A stretch of DNA of 64,000 nt from Thermodesulfobacteriota bacterium (lineage in GTDB: Bacteria > Desulfobacterota > Desulfarculia > JACQYL01): assembly GCA_963675595.2 (NCBI GenBank), contig CAXXLZ010000002.1, positions 2,432,001 to 2,496,000 on the forward strand, written 5' to 3'. This document shows, piece by piece, positions 20,829 to 31,571 of this stretch (positions are counted from its first letter, which is position 1; each line of letters opens with the position of its first letter). The notes beneath the pieces were generated by a model, which was not told where the DNA came from, did not search any database, and worked only from the letters and a program-made list of their open reading frames with translations. Both the position numbers and the translations under genes were made by a program.

Positions 20829-23800
20829 ATGCAATACGAATTCAAAGAACTGGTCGACGTCGCCAAATTGCAGGAATTGACGGACGAGCTCTACGAGGCG
20901 GCCTCCATACCGTCCGCCATCATCACCATGGATGGGGAAATCCTCACCGGATCGGGATGGCAGGAAATCTGTACGGAATTTCACAGAAGACACCCACTGA
21001 TTGAACGCGAATGCGTCAAGAGCGACACAATGATCAGGATGCGATTGGACCGGGGCGATCCTTTCGTCATCTATCAATGCCCGCACGGACTGGTGGACGC
21101 ATCGTCTCCCATCCTCATCGCCGGAAAGCATGTGGCTAACGTGTTTTCGGGACAAGTCTTTCTGTCCCCACCGGATGAAAGCACCGAGGAATTCTTCAGG
21201 CAACAGGCGCATAAGTTTGGTTTCGACGAAGTCGCTTACATGAAGGCGTTCAGGCAGATCCCGGTATTGACTGAGGCCAAGTTTCGATCCGGAATTTCCT
21301 TCCTCGCCAAGCTGGCTCAGATTATCGCGGAGATGGGATTCACGCGGCTCAAGGAGCTGGAGGCCACGGCCGGGCTTCGAGAGAGCGAAACGAAGTTTCG
21401 CAGTCTGTTTGAAAATATCAATGCCGCCGTGGCCCTACATGAAATCATTGCCGACGAAGCCGGTCGGCCGGTCGATTTTGTCCTTCTGGACGTCAATCCA
21501 AAATACGAAGAAATGATTCAATTAGGTGCCTCAAAGATCGTGGGAAGACGGGCAATGGAAGTCATGCCCAACCTCGCGGCCAAATGGCTGGAGCCTTTCG
21601 GGCAAGTGGCCGAAACCGGAATCCCCATCACCATCACCGATCATTCCGGTCCCCCGGACAGGTACTGGGAACTGAAGGCTTTTTCACCGGAAAAGGGACG
21701 TGTTGCCGCAGCAATCACGGACGTCACCGATCAGAAGCTGGTGGAAGCGTCGTTGCGCGAAAGCGAGACCCGCTACCGTCTGTTGTTCGACAACGCGGAT
21801 GCCCTCGTTTCCGTTTACGATCGCAACGGTATCTGCCTGTTGATGAACCGCAAGATCGCCGGTTTGTTCGGCGGAGAGCCTGCGGAGTTCCTTGGAAAGT
21901 CATTCGCGGAACTACATCCTGAAGAGGGAGACGAGTATGTAAGACGCGTTCGCGATGTCATTGAGAACGAATCCTCTGCGGAGTACGAAGATGAGGTCGC
22001 TTTTCCCCAAGGTTCCCGTTGGCTGTTTTCCAAGGTGCACCCCGTGGAGGACGCATCGGGGCATGTTTACGCCGCTCAGATCATTTCCCAAGATATCACC
22101 ATGCGTAAACGCGCGGAAGAAGAGCTCCGGAAGAGCCGTGAACGATTCGAACTCGCCATGAAATTCTCGCATGACGGTCTGTTCGATTGGGACTTCGAAA
22201 CCAACCGCGTTTACTTCTCTCCCGGCTGGAAAAAGATGCTCGGCTATGAAGAACATGAGATCGAAAATGAACTCGCCGAATGGGAACGACTCACCAAACC
22301 GGAAGACGTGCGGGATTCCTGGAGAATGCTTCAGCAAGTGATCGACGGGAAGCGGGGCCGCTTCGAAAAAGAGTTTCAAATGCGGCACAAGGACGGGCAT
22401 TGGGTGGATGTTCTTTCTCGAGCGAACGTGGTCTTCGATGAGACGGGCAAAGCGGTTCGGGCCGTCGGCACTCACGTGGATATCACGGAGCGAAAAAGGA
22501 CGGAAAAAGCTCTGGAATGGAGCGCCCGTCGAAACGAACTCCTTTCCGAGACGGCGGCCCGCCTGCTCCGGGGAGGCTCCCCTCAAGACGTGGTGGAAGA
22601 CCTCTGCCGGGAAGTCATGGACTTTCTCGACTGTCAGACTTTCTTCAACTTCCTGGCGGACCAAAGGACCGGAGGATTGCGCCTCAACGCTTATGCCGGT
22701 ATCCCCGAACAAGAGGCACGAGAGATCCACCTACTGAATTACGGTGAGGCGGTTTGCGGGTGCGTCGGTCAAGACCGTAGACGTTTGGTTTTCGAAGACG
22801 TGTCCAATTCCACCGATTGCAGACTGGACTTGGTCAAGGCCTACGGCATTCAAGCCTACTGCTGCCACCCGCTCATCATCGAGGACCGGCTCATCGGCAC
22901 CCTGTCCTTCGGCACCCACACACGCTCGCGCTTCGACTCCCAGGATTTGGAGGTCATGGAGGCGGTTTCGCACCTCGTAGCCATTGCCATGAGCCGTATT
23001 GAAACAGAGGAAGCGCTGCGAGAACGGGAAGAAAAATATCGTGGTATCTTCGATGACTCCATTACAGCCGTCTATCTATTCGACGACCGGAAACGTTTTG
23101 TCGATTCCAACAAAGCCGGTATCGATCTGCTGGGCTACTCAAAAGAAGAGTTGCTTCGCATGAGCATTCCCGACGTGGACGCCGATCCCGCTGCGGTCCT
23201 CCCGGCTCACCGGCAACTTCTAAAAGGGGATCGGCTCATCAACTACGAACATAGGCTGAAACGCAAGGACGGCGAAATCGTCACGGTTCTGAACAACTCC
23301 ATACCCATTACCGACGCCGAAGGTCATGTGGTGGGAATGCAGAGCACGCTCATCGATATCACGGAACGCAAGCGGGTGGAAAAAGAACGGGAAAGGATTC
23401 AATTGCAGCTTTCCAACGCCATGGACATGGCCAAACTGGGCCACTGGGAATACGACATTGAAAAGGACTCTTTTGTCTTCAATGATCATTTTTACAAATT
23501 ATTCGGCACCACGGCCGAGGAAATGGGCGGTTACATCATGACTTCTCAGGAGTATGCCCGTCGCTTCGTCCATCCCGACGACAGGGCCGTGGTCGCGGAG
23601 GAAACCCGAAAAGCCGTGGAGACTAAAGACCCTCGATTCAGCAGGCAGTTGGAACATCGGATGCTGTACACGGATGGAAGGGTCGGCCATATCGCGGTTC
23701 GTTTCTTCATCGTCAAAGACGTGGAGGGCAGAACCGTGAAGACCTACGGAGTGAACCAAGACATCACGGAGCAGAAAAGGAATGAGGAAAGGATCGCCCA

Positions 23801-24983
23801 GTTACAGAAGATGGAATCCATCGGTCGATTGGCCGGTGGGGTGGCCCACGACTTCAACAACATGCTGGGCGTGATCTTGGGTCACACAGAGCTGGCCCTC
23901 GATCGAACGGACCCACACCAGCCGGTCTCCTCGGACCTTCGCGAAATCCTGAGAGCCGCCCGGCGTTCCGCGGACCTCACTCGTCAACTTCTGGCGTTTG
24001 CCCGCAAACAAACCATCAGCCCGGAGGTGCTGGACCTGAACGCCACGGTGGAAGGAATGCTCAAAATGCTGAGGCGCCTCATCGGCGAAGACATCGAACT
24101 GACATGGCGGCCCGGACGGATTCTGTGGCGCGTGAAAATGGACCCCACGCAAGTGGATCAGATATTGGCCAACCTGTGCGTCAACGCTCGGGATGCCGTG
24201 CAAGGGCACGGCAAGATCACCATCGAGACCGCGAATACAAGCTTTGACGAAGCCGATTGCACGGACCGTCCAAAGTGTATGCCCGGGGATTTCGTGCTAT
24301 TGACCGTGAGCGACAACGGGTGCGGCATGGACAAAAGGACCATGGCTCATCTGTTCGAACCGTTCTTCACCACCAAAGAACTGGGAAGAGGTACGGGGCT
24401 GGGGCTCGCCACCATTTACGGCATCGTCAACCAGAACAACGGGTTCATCGACGTGAACAGCGAGCCCGGCAAAGGGAGCAGATTCAATATCTATCTACCG
24501 AAACACCACATCGAACCGGAGAGCGCACACGAAATGAACCCCGCAGCACCATCGACGGAAAGGGGGCACGAAACCGTTCTGTTGGTGGAGGACGAAGAAG
24601 CCATGCTCAAAATGGCCAAGGCCATGCTGGAAAGGCTGGGTTACAGAGTCCTGGCCGCGCAAACTCCGAAGGAAGCCTTGCGCCTGGCGAGCAACTACAC
24701 GGGAGAACTACATTTACTCATGACCGACGTGGTCATGCCGGGCATGAACGGCCGTCAATTGGCGGACCGCCTGCTCGCCGATCATCCCAATCTAAAGGTC
24801 CTGTACGCCTCCGGCTACACGGCGGACGTCATCGCGCATCACGGTGTGTTGAACGAGCGTGTGCACTTCATTCAAAAGCCTTTCACGTTGAAGGACGTGG
24901 CGGAAAAAGTGAAGGAAGCCTTGGGAAGAGCGAAAGAGGACCGCCCGATCGGCGCAGCAAATGAGGCCGTTCCCCGCGATTGA
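20829..24983 (+). CDS. Hybrid sensor histidine kinase (PocR-like + multiple PAS + GAF + HisKA/HATPase + REC)
   Basis: N-terminal GWQEICTEFHR...C...CPHGLVD; PAS repeats; GGVAHDFNN; FTTKELGRGTGLGL; receiver domain. Confidence 0.92.
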   Translation: MQYEFKELVDVAKLQELTDELYEAASIPSAIITMDGEILTGSGWQEICTEFHRRHPLIERECVKSDTMIRMRLDRGDPFVIYQCPHGLVDASSPILIAGKHVANVFSGQVFLSPPDESTEEFFRQQAHKFGFDEVAYMKAFRQIPVLTEAKFRSGISFLAKLAQIIAEMGFTRLKELEATAGLRESETKFRSLFENINAAVALHEIIADEAGRPVDFVLLDVNPKYEEMIQLGASKIVGRRAMEVMPNLAAKWLEPFGQVAETGIPITITDHSGPPDRYWELKAFSPEKGRVAAAITDVTDQKLVEASLRESETRYRLLFDNADALVSVYDRNGICLLMNRKIAGLFGGEPAEFLGKSFAELHPEEGDEYVRRVRDVIENESSAEYEDEVAFPQGSRWLFSKVHPVEDASGHVYAAQIISQDITMRKRAEEELRKSRERFELAMKFSHDGLFDWDFETNRVYFSPGWKKMLGYEEHEIENELAEWERLTKPEDVRDSWRMLQQVIDGKRGRFEKEFQMRHKDGHWVDVLSRANVVFDETGKAVRAVGTHVDITERKRTEKALEWSARRNELLSETAARLLRGGSPQDVVEDLCREVMDFLDCQTFFNFLADQRTGGLRLNAYAGIPEQEAREIHLLNYGEAVCGCVGQDRRRLVFEDVSNSTDCRLDLVKAYGIQAYCCHPLIIEDRLIGTLSFGTHTRSRFDSQDLEVMEAVSHLVAIAMSRIETEEALREREEKYRGIFDDSITAVYLFDDRKRFVDSNKAGIDLLGYSKEELLRMSIPDVDADPAAVLPAHRQLLKGDRLINYEHRLKRKDGEIVTVLNNSIPITDAEGHVVGMQSTLIDITERKRVEKERERIQLQLSNAMDMAKLGHWEYDIEKDSFVFNDHFYKLFGTTAEEMGGYIMTSQEYARRFVHPDDRAVVAEETRKAVETKDPRFSRQLEHRMLYTDGRVGHIAVRFFIVKDVEGRTVKTYGVNQDITEQKRNEERIAQLQKMESIGRLAGGVAHDFNNMLGVILGHTELALDRTDPHQPVSSDLREILRAARRSADLTRQLLAFARKQTISPEVLDLNATVEGMLKMLRRLIGEDIELTWRPGRILWRVKMDPTQVDQILANLCVNARDAVQGHGKITIETANTSFDEADCTDRPKCMPGDFVLLTVSDNGCGMDKRTMAHLFEPFFTTKELGRGTGLGLATIYGIVNQNNGFIDVNSEPGKGSRFNIYLPKHHIEPESAHEMNPAAPSTERGHETVLLVEDEEAMLKMAKAMLERLGYRVLAAQTPKEALRLASNYTGELHLLMTDVVMPGMNGRQLADRLLADHPNLKVLYASGYTADVIAHHGVLNERVHFIQKPFTLKDVAEKVKEALGRAKEDRPIGAANEAVPRD

Positions 24984-25023
24984 GCAACAATTGGGAAGAA
25001 CGGACTTCCACCAGGGAGCACCT

Positions 25024-25803
25024 ATGAGAAATCAATGCCGTTTTCTCCGCTTCCAATGCACCGCAGGAAGAATCAAGAGGCTATTATGTCGTTTCAGTTT
25101 CCTTCTCTTGGGCCTAGCGACGCTTTCGTCCCTTAATGCGGCCGAGGGGAACGACAACACGAAAATCATTTCCGGAATCTTGGACGATCAGCCGCACGCC
25201 ATGGCGGAAGAGGTACTACGTGTCGCTTATGGGCGCATGGGATACAAGGTGAAGTTCGAACTCTTTCCGGGGATACGATCCTTGGAATTGGCCAACAAAG
25301 GCGAAACGGATGGGGACATTGCGCGCATCTCCGGAACTCAGAAAGAATTCCCCAATCTTCGCCCCCTGGCAACGCCCGTCATCCACATTCAGGGAGTCGC
25401 TTTCACCAAATCCGTCACCAGGAAGATCAAAATCTGGGGCGACCTAGAGGGCCTTCGGATCGGAGTAATTCGCGGCATACGTTACTCCACTATCGGGACC
25501 GAAGGCTTGAACCGATACTTCGCCGAAGATACGACCCACTTGTTCAGGCTGCTGGCGGATGATCGAATTCAGATAGCCGTTGCGGTGTTGGATGCCGGCA
25601 GAATAGAACTGCATAAGAACTTTAAAGACAGCGGAATTCATGTCGTCGGCAGCCCTCTTTACGAAGCGCCGCTGTTTCACTTCGTTCACAAGAAGAACGA
25701 GTATTTGATCGGCGATCTAAACCGAATTTTGCAGGATATGGCGGCCCATCGAGAGATTGATCGAATTCTAAATGCTGCAATGATCCGATTAATGAATAAA
25801 TGA
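25024..25803 (+). CDS. Periplasmic substrate-binding protein (family 3-like)
   Basis: Signal-like N-terminus; RSLELANKGETDG, DLEGLRIGVIRG; start uncertain (24961 or 25024). Confidence 0.72.
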   Translation: MRNQCRFLRFQCTAGRIKRLLCRFSFLLLGLATLSSLNAAEGNDNTKIISGILDDQPHAMAEEVLRVAYGRMGYKVKFELFPGIRSLELANKGETDGDIARISGTQKEFPNLRPLATPVIHIQGVAFTKSVTRKIKIWGDLEGLRIGVIRGIRYSTIGTEGLNRYFAEDTTHLFRLLADDRIQIAVAVLDAGRIELHKNFKDSGIHVVGSPLYEAPLFHFVHKKNEYLIGDLNRILQDMAAHREIDRILNAAMIRLMNK

Positions 25804-25828
25804 TCATTCTTGGGAAATATAGGACGCT

Positions 25829-28141
25829 ATGAAACCAGGAAAACGAAAAGCTACCTTTAAAAGCATACGGAAGCGCTTCATTCTCGGACTCGCTGTTGTT
25901 GTCGGCAGCATTCTGGTCGTTTTTTCAGGTATAGCCATCATATATAACACTCAATCTCTTGAAGAAAGGCTTCGCTCTCGCCTAAACACTTTGATAAACC
26001 TATCAGTTACAGGACTTTCAAGCGCCTTATGGCAATATAACTACGACTATGTGGAGGACTATATAGATTCTCTGTTTTCATACGGAGATGTTGTATTCGT
26101 TACCGTCGTTACTGATAATAACAAAACAATAACAAAAACACACAACGGCATCCAAAACCAGGACCTTGAACCCGTCACGTCGGATTCCCAACTGATGTGG
26201 AGGGAGGCGGATATTCGATACAATGACGTGGTCATCGGCCATATAAAGATCGCCTTGTCCCGCCGGCGGATCGACACATTGATTGTTGAAAACAGCGTTC
26301 TGGCCATTATGCTCCTGTTCCTGTTGCTGTCCGGAATCTTATTGACGGTATTCGGACTTTCCAAGAAATACATATTCGAACCTTTGGAGCTTTTGGAGCA
26401 TTTTGCCCATTCCATTTCGGAAGGCCGGCTCGACTCTCAACTTGAAATAGACACCAAAGACGAAATGGGACGATTGGCGCATTCCTTCAACCAAATGGCG
26501 ACGAGATTGAAATCCATTATGGCCTCTCGTGATGAATTGGAGGAAGAAATCACCGAGCGCAAACGCGCCGAGGAAGCGCTCAGGAACAGCGAGCAGCTTT
26601 TAAACGAGATGGGACGTATGGCCAAGATCGGTGGATGGGAACATGATCTCATCACGAGACAGGCCTCATGGACCAAGGAAATTTACCGTATCGTGGAGAT
26701 CGAATCCGATCCGATTCCCGGGCCGGATGAGCATCTGGCATACTATCCCCCCGAGGACCGCCGACTGCTGGAGACAGCTTACCTTCGAGCCATACAAACC
26801 GGAGAAAAGTTTGATCTTGAGCTGCGGTGCACGACCATCAAAGGGCGGCCCCTTTGGGTCCGGGCCAAAGGCCGCCCCGAGTTTGAGAACGGCGTTTGCG
26901 TCAAAATGCGGGGTACGTTCCAGGATATTACAGAACGGAAGAAGACGGAGACGGAAAAAGAGCAGCTTCAATCACAGCTTGCTCAGGCTCGAAAGATGGA
27001 GGCCATTGGGACCCTCGCAGGCGGCATCGCTCATGACTTCAACAACATTTTATCGGCCATCCTGGGCTACACCGAACTCGCTCTTACCGATATTCCCGAC
27101 GGCGTCGAAGCCAAGGAGTGCCTGGAGCAGGTGCTGAAATCGGCGGTTCGAGCCAAAAACCTGGTACGACAAATTCTGAGTTTCAGCAGGCCCGGGACGC
27201 AGGAAAGAAAGCCCATAGCATTGGGCCCGATCATCGAAGAAACCATCAAGCTGCTGAGAGCGACTCTCCCGGCAACCATTGAAATCGTGCCGGACATGAA
27301 GTCGGAGGTCGGCACGGTCTTGGCCGACCCCACCCAGATTCATCAGTTGCTCATCAACCTGTGTACCAATGCCGCGCATGCCATGCGTGAGCGGGGCGGG
27401 ATTCTCACCGTCGGGCTCGAAACCGTCGTTCCGGACAAGACGGTCCTTGCCGCACAAGCGGAACTGAAGCCTGAGCCGTATGAAAGAATGACGGTCACCG
27501 ACACCGGAGAAGGCATGGATCCCGCGACTCTCGAACGAATTTTCGAACCCTTCTTCACCACCAAGGAGGTGGGCCAGGGCACGGGCATGGGACTCGCCAT
27601 GGTTCACGGGATCGTGAAAGCCCATGGGGGAGCCGTGGAGGTTCGCAGTGAACCGGGCAAGGGGTCGACGTTTCAGATTTACCTACCGCTTACGGAGGCC
27701 CATGCCGAGGAGGCCGAATCCGCCCAACCGGCACCGTCTCCCGTTGGGGTCGAGCACATCCTTCTTGTGGACGATGAAGAGTCCGTGATGCACATCGAAA
27801 AAAGAATGCTTGAACGCCTCGGATACAAGGTGACCGCCGATACTTCCAGCACTCGGGCATTGGAGGTCTTCAAGTCCGGACCCAACGACTTCGACCTGGT
27901 ACTCACCGATCAAACCATGCCCCAAATGACGGGATTGGACTTGGCCCAAAGACTGTTCGACATTCGCTCGGACATCCCCGTGATCATCTGCACCGGGTAC
28001 AGCACGGAGATATCGCCTGAGAGCATCGGGGAAACCGGGATCAAACGGGTCCTCATGAAGCCCCTGGCGATTCGGGAGGTGGCCGAGGCCGTCAGGCGGG
28101 TGCTGGACAACCATAACAGCCGGCAGGCTGTGTCAACCTGA
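25829..28141 (+). CDS. Membrane hybrid histidine kinase (HAMP-PAS-HK-REC)
   Basis: 2 TM, DEMGRLAHSFNQM, GGIAHDFNN, GTGMGL, C-terminal receiver. Confidence 0.92.
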   Translation: MKPGKRKATFKSIRKRFILGLAVVVGSILVVFSGIAIIYNTQSLEERLRSRLNTLINLSVTGLSSALWQYNYDYVEDYIDSLFSYGDVVFVTVVTDNNKTITKTHNGIQNQDLEPVTSDSQLMWREADIRYNDVVIGHIKIALSRRRIDTLIVENSVLAIMLLFLLLSGILLTVFGLSKKYIFEPLELLEHFAHSISEGRLDSQLEIDTKDEMGRLAHSFNQMATRLKSIMASRDELEEEITERKRAEEALRNSEQLLNEMGRMAKIGGWEHDLITRQASWTKEIYRIVEIESDPIPGPDEHLAYYPPEDRRLLETAYLRAIQTGEKFDLELRCTTIKGRPLWVRAKGRPEFENGVCVKMRGTFQDITERKKTETEKEQLQSQLAQARKMEAIGTLAGGIAHDFNNILSAILGYTELALTDIPDGVEAKECLEQVLKSAVRAKNLVRQILSFSRPGTQERKPIALGPIIEETIKLLRATLPATIEIVPDMKSEVGTVLADPTQIHQLLINLCTNAAHAMRERGGILTVGLETVVPDKTVLAAQAELKPEPYERMTVTDTGEGMDPATLERIFEPFFTTKEVGQGTGMGLAMVHGIVKAHGGAVEVRSEPGKGSTFQIYLPLTEAHAEEAESAQPAPSPVGVEHILLVDDEESVMHIEKRMLERLGYKVTADTSSTRALEVFKSGPNDFDLVLTDQTMPQMTGLDLAQRLFDIRSDIPVIICTGYSTEISPESIGETGIKRVLMKPLAIREVAEAVRRVLDNHNSRQAVST

Positions 28142-28230
28142 CTTCTTCAACGGCCGGATAGAAAAATCGTATGCCTTTGCGGGGTCGTCGGAACCCTTCC
28201 AACCGACCGATCCGAAACAGGGATGCGCAC

Positions 28231-28923
28231 ATGTACGATAACGCCTACATGGTCGGGGTCGTTTATCTCTTCGTACTACTGCTTTTCCCGTCTCTGCTCC
28301 ATAAGAATAGGAGCTTCATGATCTGGTCGGGCTTGATCTGGGCGCCCGCCGCTCCCATTCTCGAATATTGGCACCATCAAGACTATTGGAGTCCAGTCTA
28401 CCTGCTGCCCGTTCAAATAGGCGCGTGGCGCTTCGGAGTCGAGGATTACCTGTTTGGCCTCGTATTCGCGGGAATATGCTCCGGCTTGTTCAACCGGTTC
28501 GCCGACGGGCTCGGCCCGAAGACGGGAGGAAAATTCCGGCCCTCCGGTTTGGTCGTTCTATTGGTCTTTTCCGTTGTGGGAGGGCCGATGGGCATGTTCA
28601 TCCTGAGCACGCTTCTGGGAATCAATTCCATCTACGCGATTGGGGTCATGGAACTTTCCCTGGCGGTCATTATTTGTTTCAGACGCCCCGACTGGATCAC
28701 CGCCGCCCTCCGAACGGCGGTTCTGATCGGAGTCGGTTTTTGGGCTTCCTATTACCTATTCTATCTCAAGCTTTTTCCCGGCATCATCCATCAATGGTGG
28801 CACAAGGACATTCTCGCGGGGGCCTCTCTCGTCGGAATCCCTTGGGAAGAAGTCATGTGGGCCATGATGTCCGGCTTGTGCATCGGACCGGTATCGCGTT
28901 TTTTCCTGATAACGGACCGCTGA
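28231..28923 (+). CDS. Membrane protein with lycopene-cyclase-like domain
   Basis: Hydrophobic, with duplicated motifs DYW...GVEDYLF and WW...GIPWEEVMW. Confidence 0.6.
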   Translation: MYDNAYMVGVVYLFVLLLFPSLLHKNRSFMIWSGLIWAPAAPILEYWHHQDYWSPVYLLPVQIGAWRFGVEDYLFGLVFAGICSGLFNRFADGLGPKTGGKFRPSGLVVLLVFSVVGGPMGMFILSTLLGINSIYAIGVMELSLAVIICFRRPDWITAALRTAVLIGVGFWASYYLFYLKLFPGIIHQWWHKDILAGASLVGIPWEEVMWAMMSGLCIGPVSRFFLITDR

Positions 28924-29524
28924 AACCGCAAACCGCGTCCTGGGATTCGTGAAAGGACCGAGCGGCCCCTCCTTGGTTCAGGGTTGTTCGGTCGATTGGG
29001 CCTCCGCTGTAGACGACATCGGTAGTCCTACGATCGACGGACCACCCCGGCGAAGCCCTGAAACTCCTCCCTTTCCTTTCTCTTTTTTCCATGTTGGCGC
29101 CCCTGTTGTTTTGCTTTCCATTTCTGATATAATTGAATCCACTGATAAGCGCCTCCGGCTTCCGCAGTTTCCAATTTCATTCCCGAGAATACGGTCCGGC
29201 CGTTTCTCCCAAATGCTTCCAGATTCGAATCCGGCTGTATATCGGACGCGGGTACCGACGTTCTCCTTTCCTCACACGGTTTTACGGTCTTCCACTCGAG
29301 CGGCTTCGGCTCATCGCACGAATATTAGGCAATGTCTCCGGATGAGAAGCACTGTTTCCATCTCTTCAGGCGCATCTCCCAATTGAGCCCCTGAACGAGG
29401 CGGTCCATATTCGTTGCCGTGCGTGTCGATGCCCATCAGGCCGATCCCGGTCCGAGAGCGCTTTTCATTTTCCGAGACAGGTAAGCGTTTTCTCTTTTCC
29501 TTTAATAAGGAAATCGGACCTGCC

Positions 29525-30556
29525 ATGCCCCGGAAGAATCCGGAAATCTCCAAGGAACAGATCCTACTCAGTTGGGCCATTCTTGCGGTCCTGGCGGGGA
29601 TCGCCGTGGGAGTCTACTTGGAGCAGTTTCGCCTGAATCCGGCCGTCATGGCCTTTCGTGCGCCCACTTCGATGCAACGTCCATCCGAGTCCTTAGGCGG
29701 AACCTCATCCACGGAAACCTTGTTCCCTACGCCGCCGGGCATGGTCCCATTCTCGCCCGTGGAAGTTTTCAATCCGGACACCCTCTCCGACAAGATCGAT
29801 GGAAAAGCGGACTTCTATTTGTCGGCGGGATTCCGCGCGCTGGAAAGCCAACGAATCAAGCGGGAAGACGGTTCCGGTTCCTGGATGGAGATTTCCATCT
29901 ACGACATGGGAAGCGAAGCCAACGCCTATGCCGTGTACAGCGCCCAGAAGCGTGAAGACGCCGAACCCGCCGAGGTGGCCCCTTTCTCTTATGGGACAAA
30001 GAATGCACTCTTTTTCGTTCACGGCCCTTATTACGTGGAAGTGATCTCTTCGGAGCCCGGAGAGAAAGCCTTCCATGCCATGACCACCCTGGCGCGGAGC
30101 TATATGGAAAACACGCGCGCGGAAGCTGAAGCCATCCCGGAAATCGCACTTTTTCCACCCGAAAACCGGACCGAAGGCGATATTGTGTTGCTTACGGCCG
30201 ACGTCTTCGGCTGTGAATGCCTGGATCAGGTATTCACAGCGGATTACCGTTCAGGAGACCTCCAAGCCACCGCTTTTCTGTCCCGCCGTGATTCTCAAGG
30301 GGAAGCTCGGCGGCTCGCCCTCGAGTTTCATGATTTTCTCACCGCATATGGAGGAAAGGACGTGGCCTATACGGGACCGTTGCCCGAGGCGAAAATGGTG
30401 GAGCTGTTCGGCGCCTACGAACTGATTTTTGTTCGGGGTCCGTTCCTCGCCGGAGTCCATGAAGCGACCGGCCGAGGAATCGCCCAAGACCTGGCAGGGG
30501 CCTTGGATCAAAGGCTTTCGGAGTTTGTCGGTGGAAACCGATCCGACCCGCAATGA
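29525..30556 (+). CDS. Membrane-anchored DUF6599-like protein
   Basis: LSDKIDGKADFYLSAGF, IYDMGSEANAYAVYS; first gene of the DUF362 cluster. Confidence 0.6.
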   Translation: MPRKNPEISKEQILLSWAILAVLAGIAVGVYLEQFRLNPAVMAFRAPTSMQRPSESLGGTSSTETLFPTPPGMVPFSPVEVFNPDTLSDKIDGKADFYLSAGFRALESQRIKREDGSGSWMEISIYDMGSEANAYAVYSAQKREDAEPAEVAPFSYGTKNALFFVHGPYYVEVISSEPGEKAFHAMTTLARSYMENTRAEAEAIPEIALFPPENRTEGDIVLLTADVFGCECLDQVFTADYRSGDLQATAFLSRRDSQGEARRLALEFHDFLTAYGGKDVAYTGPLPEAKMVELFGAYELIFVRGPFLAGVHEATGRGIAQDLAGALDQRLSEFVGGNRSDPQ

Positions 30557-30557
30557 A

Positions 30558-31526
30558 ATGGACAGGAGGAAGTTCCTGGCTCGTTCCACCAAGGCGGGCT
30601 TGTGCATCGCAGCGGCCTGCGCTCTGGGTTACGGGTTTCACGACCCAGTGGGACCCGTGAAATCACCCGACGGCAGCGGCTCCCTCCAATTACCCGATTA
30701 CTCCACCAATCGCGCGGAGGCCGGTTTCTGCGTCGTAAGAGGAAACGACAGGACCCAAACCGTGCGACTGGCTTTGAAAGCCCTGGGAGGCATGGAGACC
30801 TTCGTCAAACCGGGCGACCGGGTCCTTTTGAAAGTGAACGCGGCCTTCGCAACGCCCCCGATCCTGTCCGCCACCACCCATCCGGACCTGGTGGCGGAAA
30901 CCGCCCGCCTCTGTTTTCAAGCGGGAGCCTCTTCCGTGGTTGTGGCCGACAATCCCATCAACGACCCCGCCCTGTGCTTTGCATTAACGGGAATCGCCGG
31001 GGCGGCGGAGTCTGTTGGAGCCCGGATGCTCCCACCCAAAGATCAATATTTTCAAGCCGCAACGGTTCCCGGAGGCCGTCTCATTGTGGATTGGCCCGTT
31101 TTCTACGAGCCGCTCAAAAATATCGACAAGGTGATCGGCCTTGCACCCGTCAAGGATCATCATCGAAGTGGGGCGTCCATGACCATGAAGAACTGGTACG
31201 GCCTGCTGGGAGGCAGGCGTAACGTCTTTCATCAGGATATCCACAACATCATCAAAGAATTGGCCATGATGATAAAACCCACGTTGGTGCTGCTGGACGG
31301 AACGACCACCATGATGACCAACGGTCCCACCGGAGGGTCCCTGTCGGACCTCAACCCAACGGACACCATGATTGCGAGCACGGATCAGTTAGCGGCCGAC
31401 GCCTTCGGAGCGACCCTTCTCGGAAAGACCTGGAAGGACTTTCCTTTCATTGCAAAAGCCCGGGACGCCGGCGTGGGAACGGTGGATTATCAACGTTTGA
31501 AACCGGGAATCATCTCTCCGGACTAG
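30558..31526 (+). CDS. DUF362 domain protein with Tat-like leader
   Basis: MDRRKFL; LGGMETFVKPGDRVLLKVN, TTHPDLV, TMKNWYG. Confidence 0.85.
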   Translation: MDRRKFLARSTKAGLCIAAACALGYGFHDPVGPVKSPDGSGSLQLPDYSTNRAEAGFCVVRGNDRTQTVRLALKALGGMETFVKPGDRVLLKVNAAFATPPILSATTHPDLVAETARLCFQAGASSVVVADNPINDPALCFALTGIAGAAESVGARMLPPKDQYFQAATVPGGRLIVDWPVFYEPLKNIDKVIGLAPVKDHHRSGASMTMKNWYGLLGGRRNVFHQDIHNIIKELAMMIKPTLVLLDGTTTMMTNGPTGGSLSDLNPTDTMIASTDQLAADAFGATLLGKTWKDFPFIAKARDAGVGTVDYQRLKPGIISPD

Positions 31527-31571
31527 TTCGAATTTAGAATTCGGCATGTTTCCGAATCACGCGGGAAGACT

